40,095 nt of DNA from Bacteroidota bacterium (GTDB lineage: Bacteria; Bacteroidota; Bacteroidia; Bacteroidales; VadinHA17). The translations under genes and the position numbers were made by a program. Shown piece after piece: positions 8,322-18,100 of this stretch. The first letter of the stretch is position 1, and the number at the start of each line of letters is the position of its first letter. Location of the stretch: NCBI GenBank assembly GCA_003245695.1, contig QKCK01000214.1, positions 1 through 40,095 of the forward strand. Reading direction: 5' to 3'. The notes beneath the pieces were generated by a model. It was given only the letters and a program-made list of their open reading frames with translations, was not told the origin of the DNA and made no database searches.

Positions 8322-9083
8322 ATGTTAGCAAAAGAATGGTTATCAAACACCAGGTCAATAATGACCAGGATTGAAGAGACTCAGATGGAAAATATCCGTA
8401 AAGCGGCGGAGGCGATGGCAGACACTATTGAGTGCGACAGATGGGTTCATACTTTCGGATGCGGGCATGCTACCATACCTGTTGAAGAGATGTATCCAAG
8501 GATTGGCGGTTTTGTCGGTTTCCACCCTATGGTTGAGTTACCACTTACCTTTTTTACGAGGATAACAGGGGAGATGGGTGTTCATCAGTTTGTCTTCCTG
8601 GAGAGAGTTGAAGGATACGGCGTTGAGATAATGAAAGGGTATAACTTTGATCAGCGCGATATAATGTGGCTCTTCTCACACTCAGGCATCAACAATGTAA
8701 ACATTGACATAGCTCTTGAGGCCAAAAAGAGGGGTATGAAAGTCATTGTCTTTGGGTCTGCAGAAGAGGCTAAAGGAAAACAGACAAGGCATTCATGCGG
8801 AAAGACGATCTTTGACCTGGCTGATATTGTTGTAGACACCTGCACCCCGATAGAGGACGCTTCTGTGCCTCTGAAGAATCACCAGGATAAAATAGGTCCG
8901 GTATCAACAATGGCCTTTATCACCTGTGTGTGGATGACAATAACAACTGTCGCCGAAATATTGGCTGACAGGGGAGTAAAACTTTATATACACCCGTCAC
9001 ATAATGTTCCGGGAGACACCACTGCCAAGGTAAGACTTGAAGAAGCACTGGCTGAGTACAAAAAGAGAATTACAGGGGTATAA
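8322..9083 (+). CDS. Single-SIS-domain protein (sugar-phosphate isomerase/deaminase-like, UPF0309-type)
   Basis: 253 aa. FGCGHA and LFSHSGIN segments sit at the phosphosugar-binding positions of SIS domains. It is the last gene of the nagA operon. Confidence 0.75.
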   Translation: MLAKEWLSNTRSIMTRIEETQMENIRKAAEAMADTIECDRWVHTFGCGHATIPVEEMYPRIGGFVGFHPMVELPLTFFTRITGEMGVHQFVFLERVEGYGVEIMKGYNFDQRDIMWLFSHSGINNVNIDIALEAKKRGMKVIVFGSAEEAKGKQTRHSCGKTIFDLADIVVDTCTPIEDASVPLKNHQDKIGPVSTMAFITCVWMTITTVAEILADRGVKLYIHPSHNVPGDTTAKVRLEEALAEYKKRITGV

Positions 9084-9099
9084 CAAATATTAGCATGAA

Positions 9100-9139
9100 A
9101 AAGAGAGGATATCTGAAAATTCCGGATCATCCTCTCTTT
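9100..9139. terminator. Bidirectional intrinsic terminator between convergent operons
   Basis: An 11-bp perfect stem, AAAGAGAGGAT (9100-9110) with ATCCTCTCTTT (9129-9139), and an 18-nt loop. T-runs follow it on both strands. Confidence 0.6.
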
Positions 9140-9155
9140 CTGTTTTCGCCTGACA

Positions 9156-10502
9156 TCAATCTGCCTTTATCCCGTTGAGGTACTCTTCCAGCATTGTATA
9201 ACCTGAAGAAGCCAGAACATTCCTGTCATCGGGATTTCCTGGGTCAAGTCCCCTGCTTCTCTCCCACATATCAGGCATGCCATCGCCATCAGTGTCATCA
9301 GGTGCGGCAGAACTCTTCAGTTCCGGCCAGCCACCAACAGCAGAGGGATTATCAATAATACCTGTGTTATTACCGTATTTACCTCCATAACTGCATTTTC
9401 CGGAAAGGACCTCGCCTACTATCCGGGTGTCTGCCTGATCACGTTTCGGGAGAATTGCACCGGCGTTTTTCAGGACTAACATGTATGCCTTCTTTGCACT
9501 CTGTGTCTTTACCGGTGCAAAATCAAACGGCTGATATGCTCTTATACCTGCAGCAGTGGCAAAATCACCCTGAACACCACCGTTCCAGTTATCGCGTGAA
9601 ACATCATTGCTGCCTTCAACAAAATTACCTTTAACATACCATTGGCCCAGTGAGTCAAAAGGCTCTGCAATACGTGACCGCACAGACTTTTTTGTTGCCG
9701 GGCCTGGTTTAAAGTAGTTATTTACCATATTCTGCTGACCCATCTCCCCTCCGTAACAACTGTTGAAACCCCAGTTAAATATTACGTTGTTTCTGAAATC
9801 CACTATCTCCTCACTGCGGCTCTCAGGATGGTAGCGTGCCCCACAGAAACGGGGGTTTCTGCTGGTATGATTTGTTATCAGATTATGATGAAAAGAGGCA
9901 CCCATGCCACCCCAGATGCCACCGTAGCCATGCTCGCCCTTAGGATGACCGGCATCATAAAGACTTTCAGAGATAATACACCATTGCATTGTGAAATTCT
10001 CATTGTCATAAAATGAAGATGTTTCATCAACTGACCAGCTCATTGAACAATGATCAATGATAACATTCTTATGACGATGTCCTGAGAGAGCATCCTGAGA
10101 TGCATCAGAGAGATACTGATTTCCACATCTGAACCTCAGATATCTTATTATGACATTATCGGCATCAACACTTACGCTATAGTTTTTCAGGCAGATACCA
10201 TCGCCGGGAGCTGTCTGCCCTGCAATAGTAACGTCTCCTTTTGTGATGCTCAGCTCTCTCTTCAGCTCAATATTCCCTGATACGGCAAAGACAATTGTCC
10301 GTGGGCCTTTCTTATTGAGTGCCCATCGTAATGACCCCTCTGGTGGTTTGGTAACAGAATCTTCGAGGTTTGTAACCACGTAAACATCCCCTCCACGGCC
10401 TCCGGTAGTATACCGGCCAAAGCCTTCAGCACCCGGGAATGCCAATGGCTGAGCGTTTAGTGCCACAGGCAGAAAAAGTAATAATAGTAAAATCGTCTTC
10501 AT
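9156..10502 (-). CDS. Pectate lyase, family PL1, secreted
   Basis: Signal peptide (…ALNAQP). Motifs AFPGAEGFG, TIAGQTAPGDGI, IIRYLRFR, IDHCSMSW and SRNPR. The C-terminal Asp-rich motif is APDDTDGDGMPDMWE. Confidence 0.85.
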   Translation of the reverse strand: MKTILLLLLFLPVALNAQPLAFPGAEGFGRYTTGGRGGDVYVVTNLEDSVTKPPEGSLRWALNKKGPRTIVFAVSGNIELKRELSITKGDVTIAGQTAPGDGICLKNYSVSVDADNVIIRYLRFRCGNQYLSDASQDALSGHRHKNVIIDHCSMSWSVDETSSFYDNENFTMQWCIISESLYDAGHPKGEHGYGGIWGGMGASFHHNLITNHTSRNPRFCGARYHPESRSEEIVDFRNNVIFNWGFNSCYGGEMGQQNMVNNYFKPGPATKKSVRSRIAEPFDSLGQWYVKGNFVEGSNDVSRDNWNGGVQGDFATAAGIRAYQPFDFAPVKTQSAKKAYMLVLKNAGAILPKRDQADTRIVGEVLSGKCSYGGKYGNNTGIIDNPSAVGGWPELKSSAAPDDTDGDGMPDMWERSRGLDPGNPDDRNVLASSGYTMLEEYLNGIKAD

Positions 10503-12206
10503 TTATCTCATTTCCTGGTTTATGGATATTACTGACTGGTCAACCTCGTCTCCCGTAAACACTTTAATTTTTTCGACAGGGTTATAGGTTGTTATATTGA
10601 TCTTTTTGCTCTTCTTACCTCTGACATCAATCATCGTACCAGGGTCACCTTCAACATCAAGGCCGCTTATATTCACTACGTTGGTATTTATGAACCTGAG
10701 TACCGGTCCCTTATCGACGGTGAGATTAAGCCCTTTGAAAGAGATGTCTGTAGCATCAACACATGATATACCCATCTGTGATATTATATTAATATTCTCA
10801 AATGATATATTCTCTATATTCAGTTCAGGCAGTCCCTGCAGGTAAATAGCCTGAAGAGCCCCACGGCAGGTCAAATTACGCATTGATATGTTCCGGAACT
10901 GTGGCGTCTCATCTGTCACCGGAGGAACAGTCCCGTCAGTTGCCTCTGTATATCTGCCTTTCGCCATCATCTCAGGAACAGACATACCTCCGTAATACAT
11001 ATTGAATGATATTGCCTGGGTAGGTATATTTATCATGTCTATATCTGAAAAGTAGATATTCTCTACTACCCCTCCTCTTCCACGGGTGGTTTTAAACCGA
11101 AGGCCCACGTCAGTGCCCATAAAAATACATCCTCGTACCGACATATTCCTTACCCCTCCTGACATCTCACTACCGATAGTAACCCCACCATGACCATGGT
11201 ATACAATACAATCTCGTATAATCAGATTCTCAGTGGGTCTGCCTCTCCTTCTTCCGTCAGCATCCTTCCCTGATTTAATACATATAGCATCATCACCTAC
11301 ATCAAAGTTACTATCTGAGAGTATAGTATTAAAACATGATTCAATGTCAATGCCATCACCATTCTGTGAGTACCACGGATTCCTTACCGTGACATTTCTG
11401 ATTATCAGGTCCTCACACATAAGAGGATGCAGGCACCATGCCGGTGAGTTCTGGAATACTGGTCCGTCAATGAGTACCGTTTTACAGTTTACCAGGCTTA
11501 CCATCACCGGGCGAAGGAAGTCCCTGTATCTTTCAAACTCTTCCCTGCTGGTTAGCTCTCTTGGCACATTCATTTCACTTTGCGCCTGAGCCTCACGATA
11601 TGATTCTGAAGGGAACCATTGAGACCCATCATCGCTGACAATACCACCTGACTTTACCAGATCATCCCATTGCGATTCTGTCAGCTTCTCTCTCTTTACT
11701 GGTCGCCATACATCACCATTGCCATCAAATATTCCTTTTCCTGTAAATGATATATTGACCAGATCCTTACCATAAACGGGCGAGAGACATCTGTATGTGT
11801 CATAGCCTTCAAAACTTGTCTCAATCAAGGGATAGAGATTCTTGTCAGGACTAAAAATCACCAGTGCTCCTTCTTCAATATGGATATTTATGTTACTCTT
11901 CATAATAATTGGCCCTGTCAGCCACATTCCGGGTGGAATGATAACTCTCCCTCCACCTTTCTGTGACACACTCTCTATTGCATCAATGAAGGCTTGTGTG
12001 TTAAGCGTTTTCCCGTCTCCGACAGCTCCAAAATCAGTAATCGTTACTGAGTACAAAGGTATTACAGGCTCCTCTATCACAGGCATGTTAAACTCCAGGT
12101 TATTGTATAGAGATACATCCTTCTGTACCTGTCTCTTTTTCCCCAGACATGATGTTAAAACTGATGCCAGGATAAAAACTGTAATATATAGGTGATATCT
12201 TTTCAT
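10503..12206 (-). CDS. Glycoside hydrolase family 28 (polygalacturonase type), lipoprotein
   Basis: GH28 blocks QNGDGIDIE, GDDAICIKSG, GHGGVTIGSE and RFKTTRGRGG. The track start at 12212 is TTG; the ATG at 12206 gives MKRYHLYITVFILASVLTSC. The stop abuts the downstream PL1 start with no gap. Confidence 0.9.
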   Translation of the reverse strand: MKRYHLYITVFILASVLTSCLGKKRQVQKDVSLYNNLEFNMPVIEEPVIPLYSVTITDFGAVGDGKTLNTQAFIDAIESVSQKGGGRVIIPPGMWLTGPIIMKSNINIHIEEGALVIFSPDKNLYPLIETSFEGYDTYRCLSPVYGKDLVNISFTGKGIFDGNGDVWRPVKREKLTESQWDDLVKSGGIVSDDGSQWFPSESYREAQAQSEMNVPRELTSREEFERYRDFLRPVMVSLVNCKTVLIDGPVFQNSPAWCLHPLMCEDLIIRNVTVRNPWYSQNGDGIDIESCFNTILSDSNFDVGDDAICIKSGKDADGRRRGRPTENLIIRDCIVYHGHGGVTIGSEMSGGVRNMSVRGCIFMGTDVGLRFKTTRGRGGVVENIYFSDIDMINIPTQAISFNMYYGGMSVPEMMAKGRYTEATDGTVPPVTDETPQFRNISMRNLTCRGALQAIYLQGLPELNIENISFENINIISQMGISCVDATDISFKGLNLTVDKGPVLRFINTNVVNISGLDVEGDPGTMIDVRGKKSKKINITTYNPVEKIKVFTGDEVDQSVISINQEMR

Positions 12207-12230
12207 TGTCAATTCTTATTTCAAGCTTAA

Positions 12231-13076
12231 TTACTTACGTCTTTGTGGCTGGTCAGCTAAGGATAACTCCTGCCCTTTCATACTTTTAAACACCAGAGCT
12301 GCCATTGCATATGCCCCTGCGGGCTGAAAATGTGTATTATCCTTCAGCCCTTCAGGATATGCTTCATACACACATGAATCGATGTTCATAAAAAAGGTGT
12401 GTGTTGAATACTCCTGCCCTTTGCTGCTGAAGAAATCCATACTCATCTCTCCCAGGTCTATCAGACACACTTCCAATTCTTTTGCAACTTGCCGCATTGC
12501 CTCAGGGTAATCACCGTGAGTATTCTTCAGTCTTCCCTCCTCCCAGGGGTAGTTTCGTGCAACCGGTGTTATAAGAATAGGCACTGCTCCTTTCTGACGT
12601 GACTGATTCACGTATAGCCTCAGGAACTCTTTATATCCTGTTACAGAGGTATATCGCTCTCCTTTGGCTACCGAAGCATCATTATGGCCGAACTGTATCA
12701 GTACCAGATCGCCCGGTTTCAACAGATTGTATATCTCCGACCAGCGACCTTCCTCAAAAAATGATCTCGTACTCCTCCCTCCTTTAGCCCTGTCGTCAAC
12801 AAGCACACTGTCTTTCTTAATTAGTCCCCTTATCTGTTTAAGAGAATCAGATGCCATAAAGGACTGAAAGACCTGACCCCATCCTGTCATTGGATAACGT
12901 TTTGACATATAGTCATCTTCAAGCGAATAGTCAGCAACAGTCGAATCGCCGATAAGCCATACTTTTGTTATCTTCTTATCACTCTCTCCTGATTGGGAAT
13001 TCATACATCCTGATATAATGACAGTCATCACTATTGAAAAAAGGATTCTGATTGTTTTTGTCACTCTGTATTTCAT
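12231..13076 (-). CDS. SGNH/GDSL esterase, CE12-like rhamnogalacturonan/pectin acetylesterase, lipoprotein
   Basis: SGNH blocks GDSTVADY, GWGQ, AKGGRSTRSF, FGHNDA and DNTHF. There are two in-frame ATGs, at 13103 and 13076. The second gives the lipoprotein signal MKYRVTKTIRILFSIVMTVIISGC and removes the 22-nt overlap with the upstream gene. Confidence 0.85.
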   Translation of the reverse strand: MKYRVTKTIRILFSIVMTVIISGCMNSQSGESDKKITKVWLIGDSTVADYSLEDDYMSKRYPMTGWGQVFQSFMASDSLKQIRGLIKKDSVLVDDRAKGGRSTRSFFEEGRWSEIYNLLKPGDLVLIQFGHNDASVAKGERYTSVTGYKEFLRLYVNQSRQKGAVPILITPVARNYPWEEGRLKNTHGDYPEAMRQVAKELEVCLIDLGEMSMDFFSSKGQEYSTHTFFMNIDSCVYEAYPEGLKDNTHFQPAGAYAMAALVFKSMKGQELSLADQPQRRK

Positions 13077-13081
13077 GTGCT

Positions 13082-15100
13082 TTATTGTTTTGTTGACTGC
13101 CATATCCTGATATCTCTGTTTATCACAGGCAGATCAGGACGCATAGATTTAACATCACTCAGATCGAAGTATTTCAATACTCCGGGAATAACATAAGAAT
13201 ACCAGTCTTTTTCCGTTGGTTGTTCAAGAATTTCAATGTAGGATTCGATTGTTGAATATGATTCCAAAGCCATTATCCGTTTATCAAGAGCTGCAGCAAA
13301 GTATGCTGAAGGAGCTGCAGCGCCACCTGCAATTATCTTCACACATTTTTCACCTGTTATGCCCTCAGGGCACATAAACTCTACAAGTGCAAGAATATCC
13401 TCTGTCCGCTGCCCGGGAAGAGGTCGCCCGTTATGAATTGACAGCATGGCATTATTATATTCCCTGTTATAATATTTAGGGTCATTATCCTCACTCTTTT
13501 CAGCCATCTCTCCCATACCTCTCAGGTCAGCTACAATAACCGGCATGCCACCATTCAGATAAGGAGCGATAAGAGAATCGCACAATGCTATCCTGCTCTT
13601 ATTCTCCGGATCGATCCAAATAATTGCGGTATCCGAAATATGCTGTGTCATTGGAGTATAAATGATACATGGAAGTGGTACTTCCCCATCACGTCGTATG
13701 ATAATTTTTTTCAGTGAGTATCCATCCCTCTGTATCTCATTCTTATACTCTACATATAACTTTGAGGTTTTAGCATCTATGGCAAGCAGCTCTTTTATTT
13801 TTTTCTGTTTCTCAGCTAAAGTTGATACTTCAGCGAAGGTCTCTCTTGCTGTCTGCAGCTCCAGTGCTTCCGACAGGCTGTAATCCTGTAGCCTGATCTC
13901 TCCGCTGAAAGTACTGTTCACCTGTCCTGTTACAGTGCTGTTCAATTGATCTTCGCCGGGAAGAGGATAACTGATATCATCAATTTCACCAATATCATTG
14001 CATAACCATTGTCTGAACCATTTTACTGCAGCCACTCTTTTTGGAGATGATATACCATGCCCGTCATCAAAGGTAAAAAGAGCCACCCTGTCAGGTGCGT
14101 TTAACATCTCATAAACCTTTCTCAGCTCATCATATACTGCCACAGTTCCGGTATAGTCAACAAAATCATATCTCCCGGCCAGTATCAGTATTGGTTTAGG
14201 TGCGAACATTATAAGATAGTCACTTATCTCCAGCCTGTTGGCACCTTCGCCGGCAAGATGCTGACATCCGTCATTTGCTCCGGTGAGTTCAAAGTTACGT
14301 TCCCGCTGTGCGACAAAGCTGCATGGAGCTGCAACCTTTATCCTGTTGTCGCCGGCTATAAAATATGTTGTCTGGGTACCTCCACCTGAGTTACCAAGGC
14401 ATCCTATCCGTGAAGTATCTACCTCTGGCCGTGAAACCAGATAGTCAAGAGCCCTCTTGTTATCTGACAGCTCCCATGCCACTACGCTGTTTCCCACCAG
14501 TGAAGCACCCGCATTAAGAATAGTATGTTCGGTTGTGCTGCCCCTTAGTATACGTTGTCCTTTCTGATCGGTAAACTGAACCCTCTCTCCCTGAGAGATG
14601 GGGTCAACAACAAGAACCACAAAGCCATTGACAGCAAAAAGCACTGCTGTTTGAACATATGACTCCGTGGCTTTTGAAGTCATCTCATGTCCGCTGAACA
14701 TAAGCACCGCGGGGTGAGGCCCCGGCAAATCCGGAAGGTATAAGTCGGCCGTTACATGATGTAAGGGCTTTGACTCAAAAATGACAGTCTCAACTGCATA
14801 ACCCTCAAAAATGCTATGTTTTGTAACTACTGCATTAAGAGGCTGGTCGGAAAAGTTGCAGTCAAGCAATGACAGGTATCTCTCCCTGCACTCAGACTGG
14901 TATTCCAACAGCTTTGTCTCCGACACAAGTGCCTCATCAAGGTATTCTCTCCTGATATCATATTGCTTATGCATATCCTGCAGAAGATAGTTTCTGAGAG
15001 TGCTTTCTGATTTCCAGTCCAGAACCCTGTAATCATACTGCCCGTATAAACCAGGATAAAAACAAAAAAGAAGGAGTGATATGTATCCTGTAAGTCTCAA
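13082..15100 (-). CDS. Secreted tandem alpha/beta-hydrolase (putative carbohydrate esterase)
   Basis: 672 aa with a signal peptide. The first half has a GxSxG nucleophile elbow (LGNSGGG, about 14380-14400) and a DDGHG His motif. The second half aligns to the first but has AGGAAA at the elbow. The start is TTG at 15100..15098, overlapping the upstream TGA. Confidence 0.7.
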   Translation of the reverse strand: MRLTGYISLLLFCFYPGLYGQYDYRVLDWKSESTLRNYLLQDMHKQYDIRREYLDEALVSETKLLEYQSECRERYLSLLDCNFSDQPLNAVVTKHSIFEGYAVETVIFESKPLHHVTADLYLPDLPGPHPAVLMFSGHEMTSKATESYVQTAVLFAVNGFVVLVVDPISQGERVQFTDQKGQRILRGSTTEHTILNAGASLVGNSVVAWELSDNKRALDYLVSRPEVDTSRIGCLGNSGGGTQTTYFIAGDNRIKVAAPCSFVAQRERNFELTGANDGCQHLAGEGANRLEISDYLIMFAPKPILILAGRYDFVDYTGTVAVYDELRKVYEMLNAPDRVALFTFDDGHGISSPKRVAAVKWFRQWLCNDIGEIDDISYPLPGEDQLNSTVTGQVNSTFSGEIRLQDYSLSEALELQTARETFAEVSTLAEKQKKIKELLAIDAKTSKLYVEYKNEIQRDGYSLKKIIIRRDGEVPLPCIIYTPMTQHISDTAIIWIDPENKSRIALCDSLIAPYLNGGMPVIVADLRGMGEMAEKSEDNDPKYYNREYNNAMLSIHNGRPLPGQRTEDILALVEFMCPEGITGEKCVKIIAGGAAAPSAYFAAALDKRIMALESYSTIESYIEILEQPTEKDWYSYVIPGVLKYFDLSDVKSMRPDLPVINRDIRIWQSTKQ

Positions 15101-18100
15101 TATTTAACAAATTTTTTTGTTAGTGCCATTTTATTCACATCATGTATTTTTGCAATATATGTCCCGCTCTTAAGATTATGAAGTGGAAGATTTAAGCTGT
15201 TGCCTTTCACTTTCACACAGGAGATGAGTGCGCCGGAGAGTGAATATATCATGACTGTGTCAAGATCAGAGGAATGATTAACTATAAGTTCACCCGTAAC
15301 ATTGTTAAACCATACTTCAGTAACCATATCACATGAGGGCACAGGTATGATTGTTGTCATTACACCATCTTTGTTCTGATTCTCTGTTATTGATTCAACA
15401 AGTTGATTGATATATACTTCTATATTTGGATAGATCCCTTCGACAGTTGTCAGCTGTGCGTCATCAGGGTCAAGATAATTCAGGCTGTTTGCTGTCTCCC
15501 AGTAATCAGGCATACCATCATTGTCAGTATCATCAGGTGCCGGAGAGGAGTTGAGCAGAGGCCAGCCTCCCACAGCCGCCTGTGTGTCAATTATGCCGTT
15601 TATACTTCCGTTACCCCCATCCATATAAGTTGCATTTCCATTGGTAACCTCACTCACTATCCTGGTGTCGACGACATCTCTTACCAGGCTGGCACCTGCA
15701 TATGCCAATACCTTTGCGTAGGCATCAACGGCTGTATGTGTGGTAATGCCGTATGAAGGGAGTGGTTCGGATAATCTCATTGCGTTCTTCTCTTCTTCAG
15801 CCACCTCGCCATATTTTGAATTAAACTGATTATAGACACCATAGGTCCAGTTATCATTCGTTGCCCTGGCAGAGGCTGACATGTAGTTTCCTTCGATATA
15901 GAATTTACCCCATATGTTGTACAGTTGAGATGTCTCTGTAAGTATCTTGTCGATAGAGATGATACGTTCAATTTTTGTTGTTGCCGGCCCGGGTTTATAA
16001 TAGCAGTTGACGATGTTTGCATTCATTGCCTCACCACCGTAGCAGCTGTTACCCTGCCAGTTGTATATAACGTTATTTCTCAGGTCTACCAGGTCAGAGA
16101 GAGCAAAGGGGTCATCTGCCACCTCTCCCAGTCTGGGGTTACGGCTATCGTGATGTGCCAGCAGGTTATGATGAAATGAAGCGCCTCTGCCACCCCAGAT
16201 GCCGCCATAGCCATGAGAACCCTTATCATGTACTGAGTTACGCAGGCTCTCGGAGATAATACACCACTGCAGAGTGAACATCTCATTCTCATAGAACGAC
16301 ACACATTCATCTACAGACCAGCTCATTGAGCAGTGGTCTATTATTATGTTTTTGTGAAACCTCCCGCCAAGAGCATCTGCCTCCTGTAATGATTCATCAC
16401 CCAGCCTGAAACGGATAAAACGTATTATGACATTGTCTGCCTCAACAGTAACAGGATAATCCCTGATACAGATCCCGTCGCCCGGAGCTGTCTGCCCTGC
16501 TATAGTCAGATCTCCGTTCTTTATCTCCAGATCCGAATTCAGCTGTATTGTACCCGAAACCTTAAAAAGGATTATCCTGGGGCCAGTCTGATTGATAGCA
16601 TACCTGAGTGATCCCTCTGATGAGTTATCCTCAATAGTTGTTACATAGTACACTCTGCCGCCTCTGCCGCCTGTTGTCATCTTGCCATATCCCTCAGCGC
16701 CGGGAAAAGCCCGAATGCCTTCTTCGGGGTCAGGTTCTGTTGTCCCTCCGGTAACTGTTATCGTACCTGTTCCCTCATAATATTCAGGGTTTGTAGAGGC
16801 AGAGTAAACACCATCAGCCACTTTGGTTCCATTGAGAGTATAGCCTGTGAGGGAAAGATCTGTATTCAACACCGCCCTTGCATCAGTACCAAGACTCATT
16901 GTCAGAGTAGTACCCACTGCATTGGGATTGCTGAAAATCACCCTGTTTGAATACCCTACCTCAATCTTCCCTGAGCCAAAGGCATGATCGCTCTGACCAT
17001 CAATATATGTTACATATCCCTGCACATCAGGATATTTGGTACTGTATTGTGTCAGTGACCATGTTCCTGCGAAAGAGCTGTTATCGCCAGCCAGTATCAC
17101 AGTTGCATTATTGACAACACCTTTGCCGTTATTCAGAGCAGTAACCTTATATGGTCCGGTGAAAGAGCCCCCCAGGGTCATAGTGCTTCCTGTCGTTGAG
17201 CTGCTCTCCATAATAAGCTTCATGTCTCCCTCAAGAGAAACAGGTATGTTCAACGAAAAACCGGTGCCGCTTGTATTATAATAGAATGATGTGGCGCCGC
17301 CCATGAAAAATGTTCCTGATGACTCATGATTTCCCCGTATTCGGAGATAGCCCGGTGATGACATATGAACGTCAGCTTCATATAGTGTAGCTGTTGTCTC
17401 CATGGTAATGGAGCAGTTGACATCTTCTCCTGCCAGAGGCATCAATGCCGGTGAGTAGTTGCCGGGCACATCCCACAGACCGCTGATGGCACCATTGAAT
17501 GTGAACACCTCAGGACGACCGACAATAATACTGCCAGCTCCGCTAATAAGACCTGGGTTTGTTGTCGAAGTGTATTCACCAACAGGTTGCATTACTCCAT
17601 CAATATAAAAGCTGCTTGTAGAGATGGTGGCATCCATTATCAGAGAAGCACCGGCAGCGACTGTGAGTTTTGAATCAGGGAAAAAGGCATTGGCATCAGT
17701 GATTCTGAGAGACGATCCATCCATAAGTTCAATATCGCCCTTACCGAGTGCATTAGCTACCCTGCCTTCAACAGTTCCACCACTGACAATCAGTTTACCT
17801 GAGAAGTTACTGTTATTTCCATTTAATGACAGGATACCGTCGTTAAGCTTTATCACCTCGTCTATTCCGTTTATAGAAGCATTAAGAGTCAGGGTTCCCG
17901 TTACAAAGAACCTAAGGGTATCTTTTGTCGCTATTTTACCGTCGAATGACACATCCGTTGAGGAGATAAATCTTGCTGTGCCGGCAGAGATATAGGTAGC
18001 CGTACTATTCCCGGAAATCTGCAGTGCAGCATTGCTTTTCATAATCAGGTCAGCGACAAATGATCCGCCATCAGCCATAATAGTATCAGCTGACAACACA

